NCBI GenBank assembly: GCA_030390025.1
Contig: CM059432.1
Location: forward strand, 140,494,001 to 140,558,000
Length of the DNA: 64,000 nucleotides
Origin: Squalus acanthias
Taxonomy: Eukaryota
Reading direction: 5' to 3'
Numbering within the stretch: position 1 is the first letter of the stretch; every line of letters begins with the position of its first letter. The notes beneath the pieces were generated by a model, which did no database searches, was not told the DNA's origin, and was given only the letters and a program-made list of their open reading frames with translations. Shown here piece by piece: positions 1 to 12,326 of the stretch. The translations under genes and the position numbers were made by a program.

Positions 1-368
1 ATGAAACAGATAAAAAAGCAAGGGGGAGGCTGGGGGGGGAGGAATAAAAGAACAAAAGGGGTGGTCTATGGTAAGTAGAGACATTAAGAGATGCTCAAGG
101 CAAGACGAGATGGTAATGGGACAGGTTAAGAAACAAAAGGTGGCTGGAAGTGTGAAGTGTGAAATGCTGGCAGAATGAGAGACAGCTGCCGTGGGGGGAG
201 AGAGAAAAAAAAGGGAAAAGGCACAAACCCAAAGTGTGGATAAAATGTATATATATATATGTGGTAGGGGCCGAGGTTATGATCTGAAATTGTTGAACTC
301 GATATTGAGTCCGGAATGCTGTAAAGTGCCTAATCGGAAGATGAGGTGCTGTTCCTCGAGCTTACGCT
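1..368 (-). mobile_element. Penelope-like element fragment (end of GIY-YIG ORF plus 3' UTR), runs off the window edge
   Basis: Near-identical reverse complement of ~7228-7580; encodes ...RKLEEQHLIFRLGTLQ.SGLNIEFNNFRS*. Confidence 0.9.
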
Positions 369-870
369 GCTTTATTAACTGCTTTGTTAACCTGTCCTGC
401 CACCTTTAAAGATTTGTGCACAAACACCCCCAGGTCTCTCTGTTCTTGCACCACCTTTAAAATTGTGCCATTTAGCCTGCATTGTCTCTCCTCATTCTTT
501 CTACCAAAACGTATCACCTCACACTTCTCTGCATTGAATTTCATCTGCCATGTGTCCGCCCATTCCACCAGCCTGTCTATGTCTTCTTGAAATCTGTTAC
601 TATCTTCCTCACTGTTTACTACACTTCCAAGTTCCGTGTCATCTGCAAATTTTGAAATTGTGCCCTGTACCCCCAAGCCCAAGTCATTAATGTATATCAA
701 AAACAGCAGTGGTCCAAGTACTGAACCCTGGGGAACGACACTGTATAACTCCCTCCAGTCCAAAAAACAGCTCTCTGTTTTCTATCCCTTAGCCAATTTT
801 GTATCCATGCTACTACTGCCCCTTTTATCCCATTGGCTTCAATTTTGCTAACAAGCCTCGTGTGTGGACT
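369..870 (-). mobile_element. CR1-type LINE RT fragment
   Basis: ORF 362..763: [32 protein letters not shown] motifs. Confidence 0.9.
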
Positions 871-1257
871 TGGTGTGAGTTCGGACACGGGCAGCAGAGT
901 TTTGGATGGTCTGAAGTTTCCTTATGTTGCTGCTTTGGATTTTTGCTCCCTTTTAAGAAGATGAGAAGGTAATGTCTTTCCTGCAATTGAGAAGAATGCT
1001 GTTCATCTGGAAAAACTCTGTCCTTACTGGGTATGGAATGGTGTAAGATTACTGCACTTAACACATTGATAATGTGGAAGTGACACAATGAATTTTGTGA
1101 ATGAGAAATCCCATTCACATACTGTGATCCTCTGGGCTTTCATGAGTCTAATAAGCATGAAGTAGTTGACCATTTCTACCAACCCCCCCTCGTGTTATAG
1201 ATGCACTCACAATGGGCGTATTCGAAGCTCCATACCGGAAGCTGCTACTTCTGTAGC

Positions 1258-1675
1258 GTCTGTCGTGGCTCAGTGGGTAGCACTCTTGTCTCTGAGCCAG
1301 AAAGAAGGTTGTGGGTTCATAGTTCTACTCCAGAGACTTGAGCACAAAAATCTAGACTGACATCATCTGAGGTGCCATCTTTCAGATGAGATGTTAAACC
1401 AAGGCCCTGTCTGCTCTCTCAGATGGATGTAAAAGATCCCATGGCACTATTTCGAAGAAGAGCAGGTGAGTTTTCCCCGGTGTTCTGGCCAATATTTATC
1501 CCTCAATCAACATCACAAAAACAGATCATCTGATCATTATTGCATTGCTGGTTGTGGGAGCTTGCTGTGTGCAATTGGCTGCTACATTTCCTATATTACT
1601 TCTAAAGGAACTTATTTGGCTGTAAAGTGCTTTGGGATGTCATGAAAGGTACTATATAAATGCAAGTCTTTCTTT
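1258..1675 (+). mobile_element. tRNA-headed DeuSINE (SacSINE1-like)
   Basis: A/B-box head (TGGCTCAGTGG...GGGTTCA), Deu-like core (GATGAGAYGTTAAACC...AAAGATCCCATGGCAC), tail TATATAAATGCAAGTCTTTCTTT; about 20 copies in window. Confidence 0.85.
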
Positions 1676-1700
1676 AAGTATGCGTTGTACATGCAAGAAT

Positions 1701-2185
1701 GTCAGACGTGACTCAGTGGGTAGCACTCTCTCGCCTCTGAGTCAGAAGGTCGTGGATTCAAGTCCCATTCCAGAGACTTGAGCACAAAATCTAGGCTGAC
1801 ACTCAGTGCAGTACTGAGGGAGTGCAGTACTGAGGGAGTACTGCACTGTCGGAGGTGCCGTCTTTCAGATGAGACGTTAAACCGAGGCCCCCGTCTGCCC
1901 TCTCAGGTGGATGTAAAAGATCCCATGGCACTATTTTGAAGAAGAGCAGGGGAGTTCTCCCCAGTGTCCCTGGCCAATATTTATCCCTCAATCAACATCA
2001 CTAAAAAACAGATTATCTGGTCATTATCACATTGCTGTTTGTGGGAGCTTGCTGTGCGCAATTTGGCTGCTGCGTTTCCCACATTACAACAGTGACTCCA
2101 CTTCAAAAGTACTTCATTGGCTGTAAAGCGCTTTGGGACGTCCGGTGGTCGTGAAAGGCGCTATAGCAATGCAAGTCTTTCTTTT
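1701..2185 (+). mobile_element. DeuSINE (SacSINE1-like), full length
   Basis: Same family consensus; small internal duplication of AGTGCAGTACTGAGGG. Confidence 0.85.
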
Positions 2186-2679
2186 ACATGTGGGCCACTG
2201 TCTTCGTGATCAGGCTTTCAGCACCTTTATTGCACTAATCACCCTGAGCCCCATTGCTAGCTGCAAACAATTGTTGGGACTTGCAAGAAGCTAAAAATGG
2301 TCTAATTCACATCTTTCTTTGTACGCTTACAAACAAATAATAAAAGGCTGAGCAAGCTCTTTCATGAAAACAGTACTCCTTTAAATGGGACAGCAGGTCC
2401 GCAACCGTGAGGCTCCACTTCACCTGTTTTTACTTTTTACTTTTTTGATTGCAGCCCATGTGTTTTTTTTAATTCACACCACCTTCATAGGTCTTCAATT
2501 TGTGAATTCCAGCAGAGAGAGACAGGGAGGTGCAATAGCTATTGGCGAACTAGTAGAAACTGTCAGCATAAGTTAATGTGCAATTCCACACTACCATTTC
2601 CTTCTGTGATGTACACTGGCCTGCGGCATACAAAGTACAACGGATATTCCAAGTATACTGCAATGAGTCCATCCTCTCC

Positions 2680-3135
2680 TTAGGCTCATAGAATAGCTGG
2701 ATATCTGAACAGGCTGGGGCTCTCTTCTCGGGAATAGAGGAGGCTGAGGGGTGACCTGCTCATGGTCTTTAAGATTATGAAGGGATTGATAGGTAGACGT
2801 AGAGAAGATGTTTCCACTTGTGGGGGAGACCAAAACTAGGGGCTATAAATATAAGATAGTCACTAATAAATCCAGTAGGGAATTCAGGAGAAATTTCTTT
2901 ACTCAGAGGGTGGTTAGAATGTGGAACTCGCTACCACAGGGAGTGGTTGAGGCGAATAGCACAGATACATTTAAGAGGAAGCTGGATAAACACATGAGGG
3001 AGAAAGGAAGCGAAGGATATGCTGATAGTGTTTGATGAAGAGGGGTGAGAGGAGGCTCGTGTGGAGCATAAACACCAGCATGGACCAGTTGGGCCGATCG
3101 GCCTGTTTCTGTGCTGTACATTCGATGTAATTCCA
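2680..3135 (+). mobile_element. CR1 LINE 3' end
   Basis: ORF 2808..3035 TRG...RRNFFTQRVV..WNSLP (CR1 ORF2 C-terminus) plus 3' tail. Confidence 0.85.
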
Positions 3136-3371
3136 TGTATGTAATCAGTAAGTCAAAGGGCTAACATATCTTTCGATTCTGCTAAATATACCTCATATAA
3201 TCAGGAATTATCAAGTTATTCCATGTAAGGTTGAAATGAGATTAGCTCTGAAGGTGGCTGTTAATGTATGGTTAAAAGCTTGCATTACTAAACTAAGCAG
3301 AGTGAATCAATAGAAAACTTCCACCCACCAGAATAATCTCGGAACGAATTTATAAATTTCCCTATTTGCCG

Positions 3372-3848
3372 AGTAAACTGTGGCTCAGTGGATAGCACTC
3401 TATCACCTTTGAGCCTAAAGGTTATAGGTTCAAACCCCACTCCAGAGACTTGCACACAGCATAAATCTAGGCTGACACCCCCAGTGCAATGCTGAGGGAG
3501 TGCCGCACTGTCGGGGGTGCTGCCTTTTAGATGAGATATTAAACTGGGGCCCTGTCTGCTCTCTCAGTTGGACGTAAAAGATCCCACAGCACTATTTCAA
3601 AGAAGAGCAGGGGAGTTCTTCCCCAGCGTCCTCGACAATATTTATCCCTCGACCAACATCACCAGAATAGATTATCTGGTCATCACCACATTGCTGTTTG
3701 TGGGAGCTTGCTGTGCGAAAACTGGCTGCCGCATTTCCTACATTACAACAGTGACTATACATCAAAAAGTAATTCATTTGCTGTAAAACGCTTTGGTAAG
3801 TCCTGAGGTCGTGAAAAGTGCGATACAAATGTAAGTCTTTCTTTCTTT
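3372..3848 (+). mobile_element. DeuSINE (SacSINE1-like)
   Basis: Family consensus head, core and tail. Confidence 0.85.
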
Positions 3849-4287
3849 ATGACCTATTAATAAGGAATGCTATATCATTCTTATCCTGCTGTGCCTTACG
3901 CCTTAATCAGTACACTGTCCAGTACTGGAAACCCAGCAGACCCCCAGAACATTCATTATAAGTATAATAGAATTGGATTACCCATTCCATGAACTCATCC
4001 TCGCGCTTACTTCACTGTTTGTCATTCATCAGTCATCACTGGGGTATGGTCTGCAACTCAACAGGAACTAGGATTACTTGGAAGTGGTTCAGAAGGAGCT
4101 AAGAAACATGATCTGAAATGAATAGAGAGAGCTTGCTTGAGCAACGGGATTTAGCATTAGTAAGATGATTGCGGACCTTGTTCAACCTTTACAAACTTTT
4201 ACAGCCAATGAATCGCCGTGCAGGACTGCTGAGTGCACCAGCGAAAGATGCCATTTCTTAATGTCATTTGAAGAATACAGTCTCAAA

Positions 4288-5080
4288 AAAAGAAAGACTT
4301 GTATTTATGCCACGCCTTTCATAACCTCAGGACGTCCCAAAGCACTTTACAGCCAATGAAGTACTTTTTTTGAAATGTAGTCACTGTTGTAATGTAGGAA
4401 ACGCGGCAGCCAATTTGTGCACAGCAAGCTCCCACAAACAGCAATGTGATAATGACCAGATTATCTGCTTTTAAGTATTGGTTGTGGGATAAATATTGGC
4501 CGGGCCACCTCTGCTCTTCTTCGAAATAGTGGCCGTGGGACCTTTTACATCCACCTGAGAGGTAAGACGGGGCCTCGGTGAAATGACTCATCCGAAAGAT
4601 GGCACCTCCCTCAGTAAGAAAGAAAGATTTCCATTTCTATAGCGCCTTTCATGACCACCGGACGTCTCAAAGCGCTTTACGGCCAATGAAGTACTATTTT
4701 TGAAGTGGAGTCGCTGTTGTAACGTGGGAAACGCGGCAGCCAATCTGCGCACAGCAAGCTCCCACAAACAGCAATGTGATAATGACCAGATAATCTGTTT
4801 TTGTTATGTTGGTTGAGGGATTAATATTGGGCAGGACACCAGGGATAGCTCCCCTGCTCTTCTTCAAAATAGTGCCATGGGATCTTTTATGTCCACCTGA
4901 CAGGGCAGACGGGGCCTCGGTTTAACGTCTCATCCGGAAGACGGCACCTCCAACAATGCAGCACTCCCTCAGCACTGCACTGGAGTGTCAGCCTAGCTGT
5001 AAGTGCTCAAGTGGGACTATGAACCCACAACCTTCTGACCTCAGAGGCGAGTGTGCTACCAACTGAGCCACAGCTGACAC
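4288..5080 (-). mobile_element. Two tandem DeuSINE copies (4288-4615 5'-truncated; 4616-5080 full length)
   Basis: Reverse complement of family consensus, twice. Confidence 0.85.
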
Positions 5081-5729
5081 TGCTCTGTGTCAGCCTAGAT
5101 TTTGTTGTGCTCAAGTCTTGCTTTTCTCCTAAGGAATGTGTGATGGCTTTACCCAGTCAGGTCATTACTCTAAAGCCAGTAATGATCTGCCAGGGTAAAA
5201 CCATCTCCTTCCACGTTTATCATATGAAGGTTACAGTCAATAACTGCAATTACATTAATGACCTCCACTTGTCAAAATATTGGCAGCCAACTGAGCTGTC
5301 AATGTTTAAGTGTGAAATGACTACTTAACTGGGCAGGGTTCAGACCCCTTACTGATGAGTTTTATTTTGATTATATTGTCCAGAGATTATGCAAGCCTTG
5401 TTTGATATACAATAAAATTCGATCTCACTGACCAAGTTACTACTGCTTTCTCAAGTTTCAAAAATACCTGATAACTGCTTTGGAGAGATTGTTAACAGCC
5501 CTTTCTCATGAGATCCTGATGCTGCGCTGCTTGCTGTCGATGTACCTGGAGACCTAGGTGTGCCGTTAAACAGAATTACAAATAGCTTCCAACTTCTAAC
5601 AGTACAATGCACAGACTGGAGTTAGACTGTTAGCTGTGTGTTGTCACACTTCTTATTGAGGTAAGTAAGGCATGTGTGCCTAAGTTGCAATCTTGAGAAA
5701 ATAGACAGGAGTGTCCATTCTCTCACAGC

Positions 5730-7730
5730 ACGGCCGCCAACCTCATAGTTCCCCAACCCCGCACAGCCCGCTTCTACCTCCTTCCCAAGATCCACAAACA
5801 GGACTGCCCTGGTAGACCCATCGTTTCAGCCTGCTCTTGCCCCACGGAACTTATCTCTTCCTATCTCGACTCTATTTTTTCTCCCCTTGTCCAGTCTCTT
5901 CCCACCTACATCCGCGACTCCTCTGACGCCCTCCGCCACTTCAACAGTTTCCAGTTTCCTGGCCCCAACCGTCTCCTTTTCACTATGGACGTACAATCCC
6001 TCTACACCTCCATCCCCCACCAGGATGGCCTGAGGGCGCTCCGCTTCTTCCTTGAACAGAGGCCCAACCAGTCCCCATCCACCAACACCCTCCTCCGCCT
6101 GGCTGAACTTGTTCTCACATTGAACAACTTCTCCTTTGACTCCACTCATTTCCTCCAAATCAAAGGTGTTGCTATGGGTACCCGCATGGGTCCTAGCTAT
6201 GCCTGCCTTTTCGTGGGATATGTGGAACACTCTTTGTTCCAATCCTACTCGGGTCCCCTCCCTCACCTCTTTTTCCGGTACATTGACGACTGTATCGGTG
6301 CCGTTTCCTGCTCTCGCCCTGAACTAGACAATTTCATTCACTTTGCCTCCAATTTCCACCCTTCCCTCACCTTCACATGGTCCATCTCCGACTCTTCCCT
6401 TCCCTTCCTCGGCTTCTCCGTCTCCATCTCTGGGGATAGGTTATTGACCAACATTCACTACAAGCCCACTGACTCCCACAGCTACCTGGACTACACTTCC
6501 TCCCACCCCGCCTCCTATAAGGACTCTATTCCCTTCTCCCAGTTTCTCCGTCTCCGCCGCATCTGCTCCGACGATGCCACCTTCCATACCAGTGCTTCCG
6601 ACATGTCTTCCTTTTTCCTCAACCGAGGATTCCCCTCTACCGTGGTCGACACACACTTCTGCCCTCACCCCGGCCCCTCCCTCCCGGAATCGCGATAGAG
6701 TTCCCCTTGTCCTCACCTTTCACCCCACCAGCCTCCACATTCAACGGATCATCCTCCGCCATTTCCGCCACCTCCAACGTGATCCCACCACCAAACGTAT
6801 CTTCCCCTCACCTCCCCTTTCAGCATTCCGTAGGGACCGCTCCCTCCGAGACACCCTAGTCCATTCCTCTATCACCCCCAGCACCCCTTCCCCTTCACCC
6901 GGCACCTTCCCGTGCAAGCGCAGGAGATGCAACACCTGCCCTTATACCTCCCCCCTTCCCACTCTCCAGGGCCCCAAACACCCCTTCCAGGTGAAACAGT
7001 GATTTACTTGTACTTCTTGCAATCTAGTATACTGTATTCGCTGCTCACGATGCGGTCTCCTCTACATTGGGGAGACCAAACGCAGATTGGGTGACCGCTT
7101 TGCGGAACACCTCCGTTCAGTCCGTAAGGGTGACCCCGAGCTTCCGGTCGCTTGTCATTTTAATTCACCTCTCCACGCCCACTCAGACCTCACTGTCCTC
7201 GGCCTCGTGCATTGTTCCATGGAAGCTCAGCGTAAGCTCGAGGAACAGCACCTCATCTTCCGATTAGGCACTTTACAGCCTTCCGGACTCAATATCGAGT
7301 TCAACAATTTCAGATCATAACCTTGGCCCCTACCACATATATATATATACATTTTATCCACCCTTTGGGTTTGTGCCCTTTCCCTTTTTTTTCTCTCTCT
7401 CCCCCCACAGCAGCTGTCTCTCATTCTGCCAGCACTTCACACTTCACACTTCTAGCCACCTTTTGTTTCTTAACCTGTCCCATTACCATCTCGTCTTGCC
7501 TTGAGCATCTCTTAATGTCTCTACTTACCATCATTATTCCTCCCCCCAGCCTCCCCCTTGCTTTTTTATCTGTTTCATTTCCTGCTTTTTTCTCAGTTCT
7601 GACGAAGGGTTTCGACCTGTAACGTTAACTCTGTTTCTCTCTCCACGGATGTTGCCTGGCCTGCTGAGTTTTTCCAGCGTTTTCTGTTGTTGTTTCAATT
7701 TTCCAGCATCCGCAGTATTTTGCTATCGTA
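5730..7730 (+). mobile_element. Penelope-like retroelement (Neptune-type), 5'-truncated; RT plus GIY-YIG endonuclease, disrupted
   Basis: FYLLPKIHK..GRPIVS, MDVQSLYTSIP, KGVAMGT, RYIDD; Cys linker CKRRRCNTC; VYCIRC..C..LYIGET..RF.EH...GLN. Frameshifting deletion near 6650, TGA at 7000-7002; 3' UTR hammerhead at 7595-7630 has GAAA>GTAA. Confidence 0.92.
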
Positions 7731-7859
7731 AAACTATTTCACAGTTGACTCAAAAGGTTTCAGCAGATTCCCTGGAAAGGTTTAAATCATGACTCCAGGG
7801 TGGATTTATACAATACATGATACAAAGCCCTGACCCCCATGCCAGCCGACATTTTAAAT

Positions 7860-8330
7860 GGTTAACTCTCCTCAGGCACTGCCCCCTCCCTTTCAAAACT
7901 GCCATCGTTAGCACCCCCCCCATCTCAAAACCCACCCTCTACCCATCTGTTCTCGCTAACTACCGCACCCTCTCCAATCTATCTTTCCTCTCCAAGGTCC
8001 TTGAATGTGTTGTTGCTTCTGAAATCTGTGCCCATCTCTCCCACAGCTCCCTGTTTGAATCTCTTTAATCCGGTTTCCACTCCTCCCAATGTGATTGTGA
8101 CATGGTGTATTGTCCCGCCTTATCCTCCCCACCCTTCAACATGGTTGGTCCCATCATCTTCCTCCACTGTCTCTTCTCCATTGTCCAGCTCAGTGGGACC
8201 GTCCTCGCTTGGTTCCGCTCAAACCAATCTGATGGTAGCCAGAGCATATCTACCAATGGTTTCCCTTCTCACTCCTGCACCATTATATCAGGAGTTCCCC
8301 AAGGATTCATCCTTGATTCCCCTCTTCTTC
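7860..8330 (+). mobile_element. Degenerate L2-type LINE RT fragment
   Basis: KPTL.PSVLANYR..SNL.FLSKVLE and SGVPQG; homologous to ~55960-56460. Confidence 0.8.
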
Positions 8331-8331
8331 C

Positions 8332-8800
8332 TCAGCTGTGACTCAATGGGTAACACTCTCGCCTCTGACTCAGAAGGTTGTGGGGTCAAGTCCCGCCTCT
8401 GACTCAGAAGGTTGTGGGGTCAAGTCCCACTCCAGAGACTTGAGCACCTAATTCTCGGCTGACACTCCAGTGCAGCGCTGAGGGAGAGCTGCACTGCACT
8501 GTCGGTGGTGCTGTCTTTTGGATCAGATGTTAAACAGAGGCACTATTTTGAAGAAGAGCAGGGGCGATCTCCCCAGTGTACTGGGTCAATATTTATCCCT
8601 CAACCAATATCACGAAAACAGATTATCTGGTCATTTTACATTGCTCTGTGTGGGAACTTGCTGTGCGCAAATTGGCTACCGCGTTAACTACATTACAACA
8701 GTGACTACACTTCAAAAAGTACATCATTGGCTGTAAAGCGCTTTAGGATGTCCTGAGGTTGTGAAAAGCACAATATAAATGCAAATACATTCTTTTTATC
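8332..8800 (+). mobile_element. DeuSINE with 34-bp tandem duplication in the head
   Basis: Family consensus; 8360-8393 equals 8394-8427. Confidence 0.85.
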
Positions 8801-9466
8801 TTTCAGCAACTGGGTGACCCAAGAAGAAAAGATTAAATTCCCTTGCACTGGGCCATCAGTGGAGACTGGCATTCCTAATCAAACTTGTTACTTTAGATGT
8901 GCTCATCTCATAGAGGTAAGTGACTACAAGGCAGTAATCTAGCAGAGGAGTTCTGATGACATCATAAACTGTGAGAGCTGGTAATAACCATTACATTCAC
9001 CAAAATGTGACTGCAGCCTTGGCACCGCCCTGATATCCATCAGTTACAATATATACTCTTTTTTATCTTTTACAGGAGTCTCGTTCTGTGTTTGTGCCAG
9101 CATCAATTATCGGTGAGGACCGTAACTATAATGTGCTCCCTGTTCTAAATGATTTTGACGCCATTACTGCAGCTTTATTGAGAAGTAACTTGCAGTCATT
9201 AGCAGGAAATGAGATGCTGAGCATTTATTAAAAACGGGCAGTGATTCCCATAAAAAAATTCCTGGTTCCCATCAGGTAAGTAGAACAGATTGGCATTGGC
9301 TTTTATTGTGTAGTTAAGTGATTGCGTTGAATTAATGCTAGCAAATAGATACTGGAGCAGTGTTCTGCACAGAAAATCTTTGGGAGCTGGCGTTTAAATG
9401 CAGCTTGGTATATTTTTCTACACTTGTAACTAGGTATATGCCGTAAAGTGGCACAATAACAATAAA

Positions 9467-10338
9467 CACTTGCATTTATATAGCGCCTTTCATGACCTTA
9501 GGATGTCCCAAAGCACTTTACAGCTAATTTTGAAGTGTAGTCACTGTTGTAATGTATGAAATGCAGCAGCCAATTTGCACACAGCAAGCTCCCACAAACA
9601 GCAATGTGATAATGACCAGATAGTCTGTTTTAGTTATGTTTGTTGAGGGATAAATATTGGCTAGGACACTGGGGAGAACTTCCCTGCTCTTCTATTGAAT
9701 TACGGGCAACACGGTGGCATAGTGGTTAGCACTGGTGCCTCACAGCGCCAGAGACCCGGGTTCGAATCTGACCTCGGGTGACTGTCTGTGTGGAGTTTGC
9801 ACATTCTCCCCGTGTCTGCGTGGGTTTCCTCCGGGTGCTCCGGTTTCCTCCCACAGTCCAAAAATGTGTGGGTTAGGTTGATTTGGCTATGATAAATTGA
9901 CCCTTAGTGTTAGGGGGGATTAAATATGTGGGGTTATGGGGATAGCATGGGATATGTTAGGGGGAATTAAATACGTGGGGTTACGGGGGTAGGGTGGGAT
10001 ATGTGTGCTGTGGGGATTAAAGCAGGGACAGGGTACTGGATTTGGATGATCAGCCATGATCGTATTGAATGGCGGAGCAGGCTCGACGGGCCGAATGGCC
10101 TACTCCTGCTCCTAGATTCTATGTTTCTATGTTTCTATGTTAGTACCATGACATCTTTTACGTCCAGCTGAGAGAGCAGACGGGGCCTCGGTTTAACATC
10201 TCATCTGAAAGACAGCACCTCTGACAGTGCAGCGCTCCCTCAGTACTGCACTGGGAGTGTCAGCCTAGCTTATTGTGCTCAAGTCTCTGGAGTGGGATTT
10301 GTACCCACAACCTTCATGACCCAAAGGCGAGTGTGCTA
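9467..10338 (-). mobile_element. DeuSINE interrupted by an HE1-like SINE
   Basis: Consensus halves at 9467-9702 and 10141-10338 join across the insert. Confidence 0.85.
9704..10140 (+). mobile_element. HE1-like V-SINE (elasmobranch), nested
   Basis: tRNA head GGTGGCATAGTGGTTAGCAC...GGTTCGAATC; V-domain TGTGTGGAGTTTGCACATTCTCCCCGTGTCTGCGTGGGTTTCCTCCGGGTGCTCCGGTTTCCTCCCAC; CR1-derived tail (TTCTATGT)n. Confidence 0.88.
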
Positions 10339-10974
10339 CCCACTGAGCCACGGCTGACCCTGTCATTTTATTTTAGTAAGTAACTAACTTCAGTTATAAT
10401 TGCTTACATCCAGTTAGCCAAGGAGCCCTTCTTATCAGTGGGTGCTGTTTATTCTAAAGTTCCATATTACATTCATGCCAAGAATATTCCACTACTACAT
10501 GAGCATATTCTCCCTGCTCTCCATTCACAATCTCATTGTTCTTTCATCGGGTTCCAGGGTTTTAGTTCATCATCCCCACTCCCCTTTCACTGACTCATAT
10601 ATAAGGTCATACGCTCAGATATGCTTCATTCTAAAGTACAAATGCACAATTGCTTTTTAAAAATTTTGAATCATACCCAGTGTTACCTCATTTAATTGAA
10701 ACTTTCTTCTGTCCTGTTCTTATGATCCTTTGGGGATCAATTCTACCTTGTAATCATTTCCATGTGCAGATGTCATGTCTCGTGGTGGTGTGGCATTGAC
10801 TAGTGATCAGATGTGGCTCAGTTGGTAGCACTCTCACCTCTGAGTCAGAAAGTTGTTGGTTCAGTACTCCCCTCCAGAGACTGACCCTCCCAGTGCCAGT
10901 ACTGAGGGAATTGTTACAACAGTTGAAATAATTGACTGTTGGATAATTTCCTAATTTGGACAACTTCCTAATTT

Positions 10975-11327
10975 CAAAATGATAAAAGATTTTGCTAGAG
11001 TAAATAAGCAAAAACTGTTTCTGGTCGGTGACCAGAGGACACAGATTTAAGGTAATTGGCAAAAGAACCAGAGGGGGAGATGAGGGGAATTTTTTTTACG
11101 CAGCGCGTTGTTATGATCTGGAATGCGCTGCCTGAAAGGGCGGAGGAGGCAGATTTAATAGTCACTTTCAAAAGGGAATTGAATAATTACTTGAAAAGAA
11201 AAACAATTGCAGGGCTATGGGGAAAGAGCAGGGGAGTGGGACTAATTGGATAGCGCTTTCAAAGAGGTGGAACAGGCACGATGGACCGAATGGCCTCCTT
11301 CTGTGCTGTGCGATTGAATGATTCTAT
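10975..11327 (+). mobile_element. CR1 LINE 3' end
   Basis: FFTQRVVMIWNALP plus tail. Confidence 0.8.
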
Positions 11328-11924
11328 GGGCTGTAATAAAAATGCTTGAAAGTATTAAAAAATAAAATATTGATGTATTTGTAGTGTTATTCAAATTTCA
11401 ACTGGTTTTATTTAGTTGGCGACTCGGAGATAACATAATATAGTTGTCACGGCAATGCTAATGAATATTGCAGCCTTGTCATTTGAGTTGTAAACAAGCA
11501 CAAGTGGGTGCTGTTACTGTTTATGTAAAGCCAGGAAACAATCACTTAACCAGAATCAATAGCTCAAGAAGAAGCATTTAATATTAGTCAGTACTGTGCA
11601 ATGACTTCAGAAACAAATGGTCTATTTGTTTTTCAAATGGTAGAAGACTATTTATTTGAAATTAAAGAGGACAGTCCTAGGTTTGGCCCTCAAGTTGTGC
11701 CGAGTTAGCTCAGCTCTGCTGGATCAGCAGTAAGGACATTACAATGAGTCTAGTGCCCCAGGATAGAGAAACAAAATACTGACAATAGTTTTCACTTCTG
11801 ATTGTTATCCTGCAACCCCTTGTGGAAATGCACGCGCTTTGGTTGAAGAAAGAAAAAAAGAACGGAAACTCCCTTTTCCTTGTCGAAGAGTATGGATAGG
11901 TGAACTTCTTGAGAGTCATGGAAA

Positions 11925-12326
11925 GAAAGAAAGAAAGAAAGACTTGCATTTAGAGAGAGCCTTTCACGAGTTCAGGATGTCTCAAAGCGCTTTACAGTCA
12001 ATGAAGTACTTTTTGAAATGTAGTCATTGTTGTAATGTAGGAAACGTGGCAGCCAATTCGCACCCAGCAAGCTCCCACAAACAACAATGTGATAATGACC
12101 AGATCATCTATTTTATTGACATTGGTTGAGGGATATATATTGGGCCAGACACCAGGGAGAACTCCCCCTGCTCGTCTTCAAAATAGTGCCATGAGCTCTT
12201 TTACGTCCACCTGAGAGGGCAGACGGGGTCTCGGTCGAACATCTCATCCGAAAGACGGCACCTCCGACAGTGCAGCACTCCCTCAGCACTAGGAGCGTCA
12301 GCCTAGCTTACATCCCTGGAGTGGGA
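11925..12326 (-). mobile_element. DeuSINE
   Basis: Family consensus. Confidence 0.85.

Noticed and set aside
7595..7630. Active hammerhead in the long Penelope copy
   Set aside because: Core GAAA is mutated to GTAA and helix II is shortened; probably inactive
5710..7745. TSD around the long Penelope copy
   Set aside because: Only TCACAG is shared between the flanks; too short to call
9704..9775. tRNA gene (also applies to the heads of the many SINEs)
   Set aside because: A/B boxes continue directly into SINE cores, so these are SINE heads
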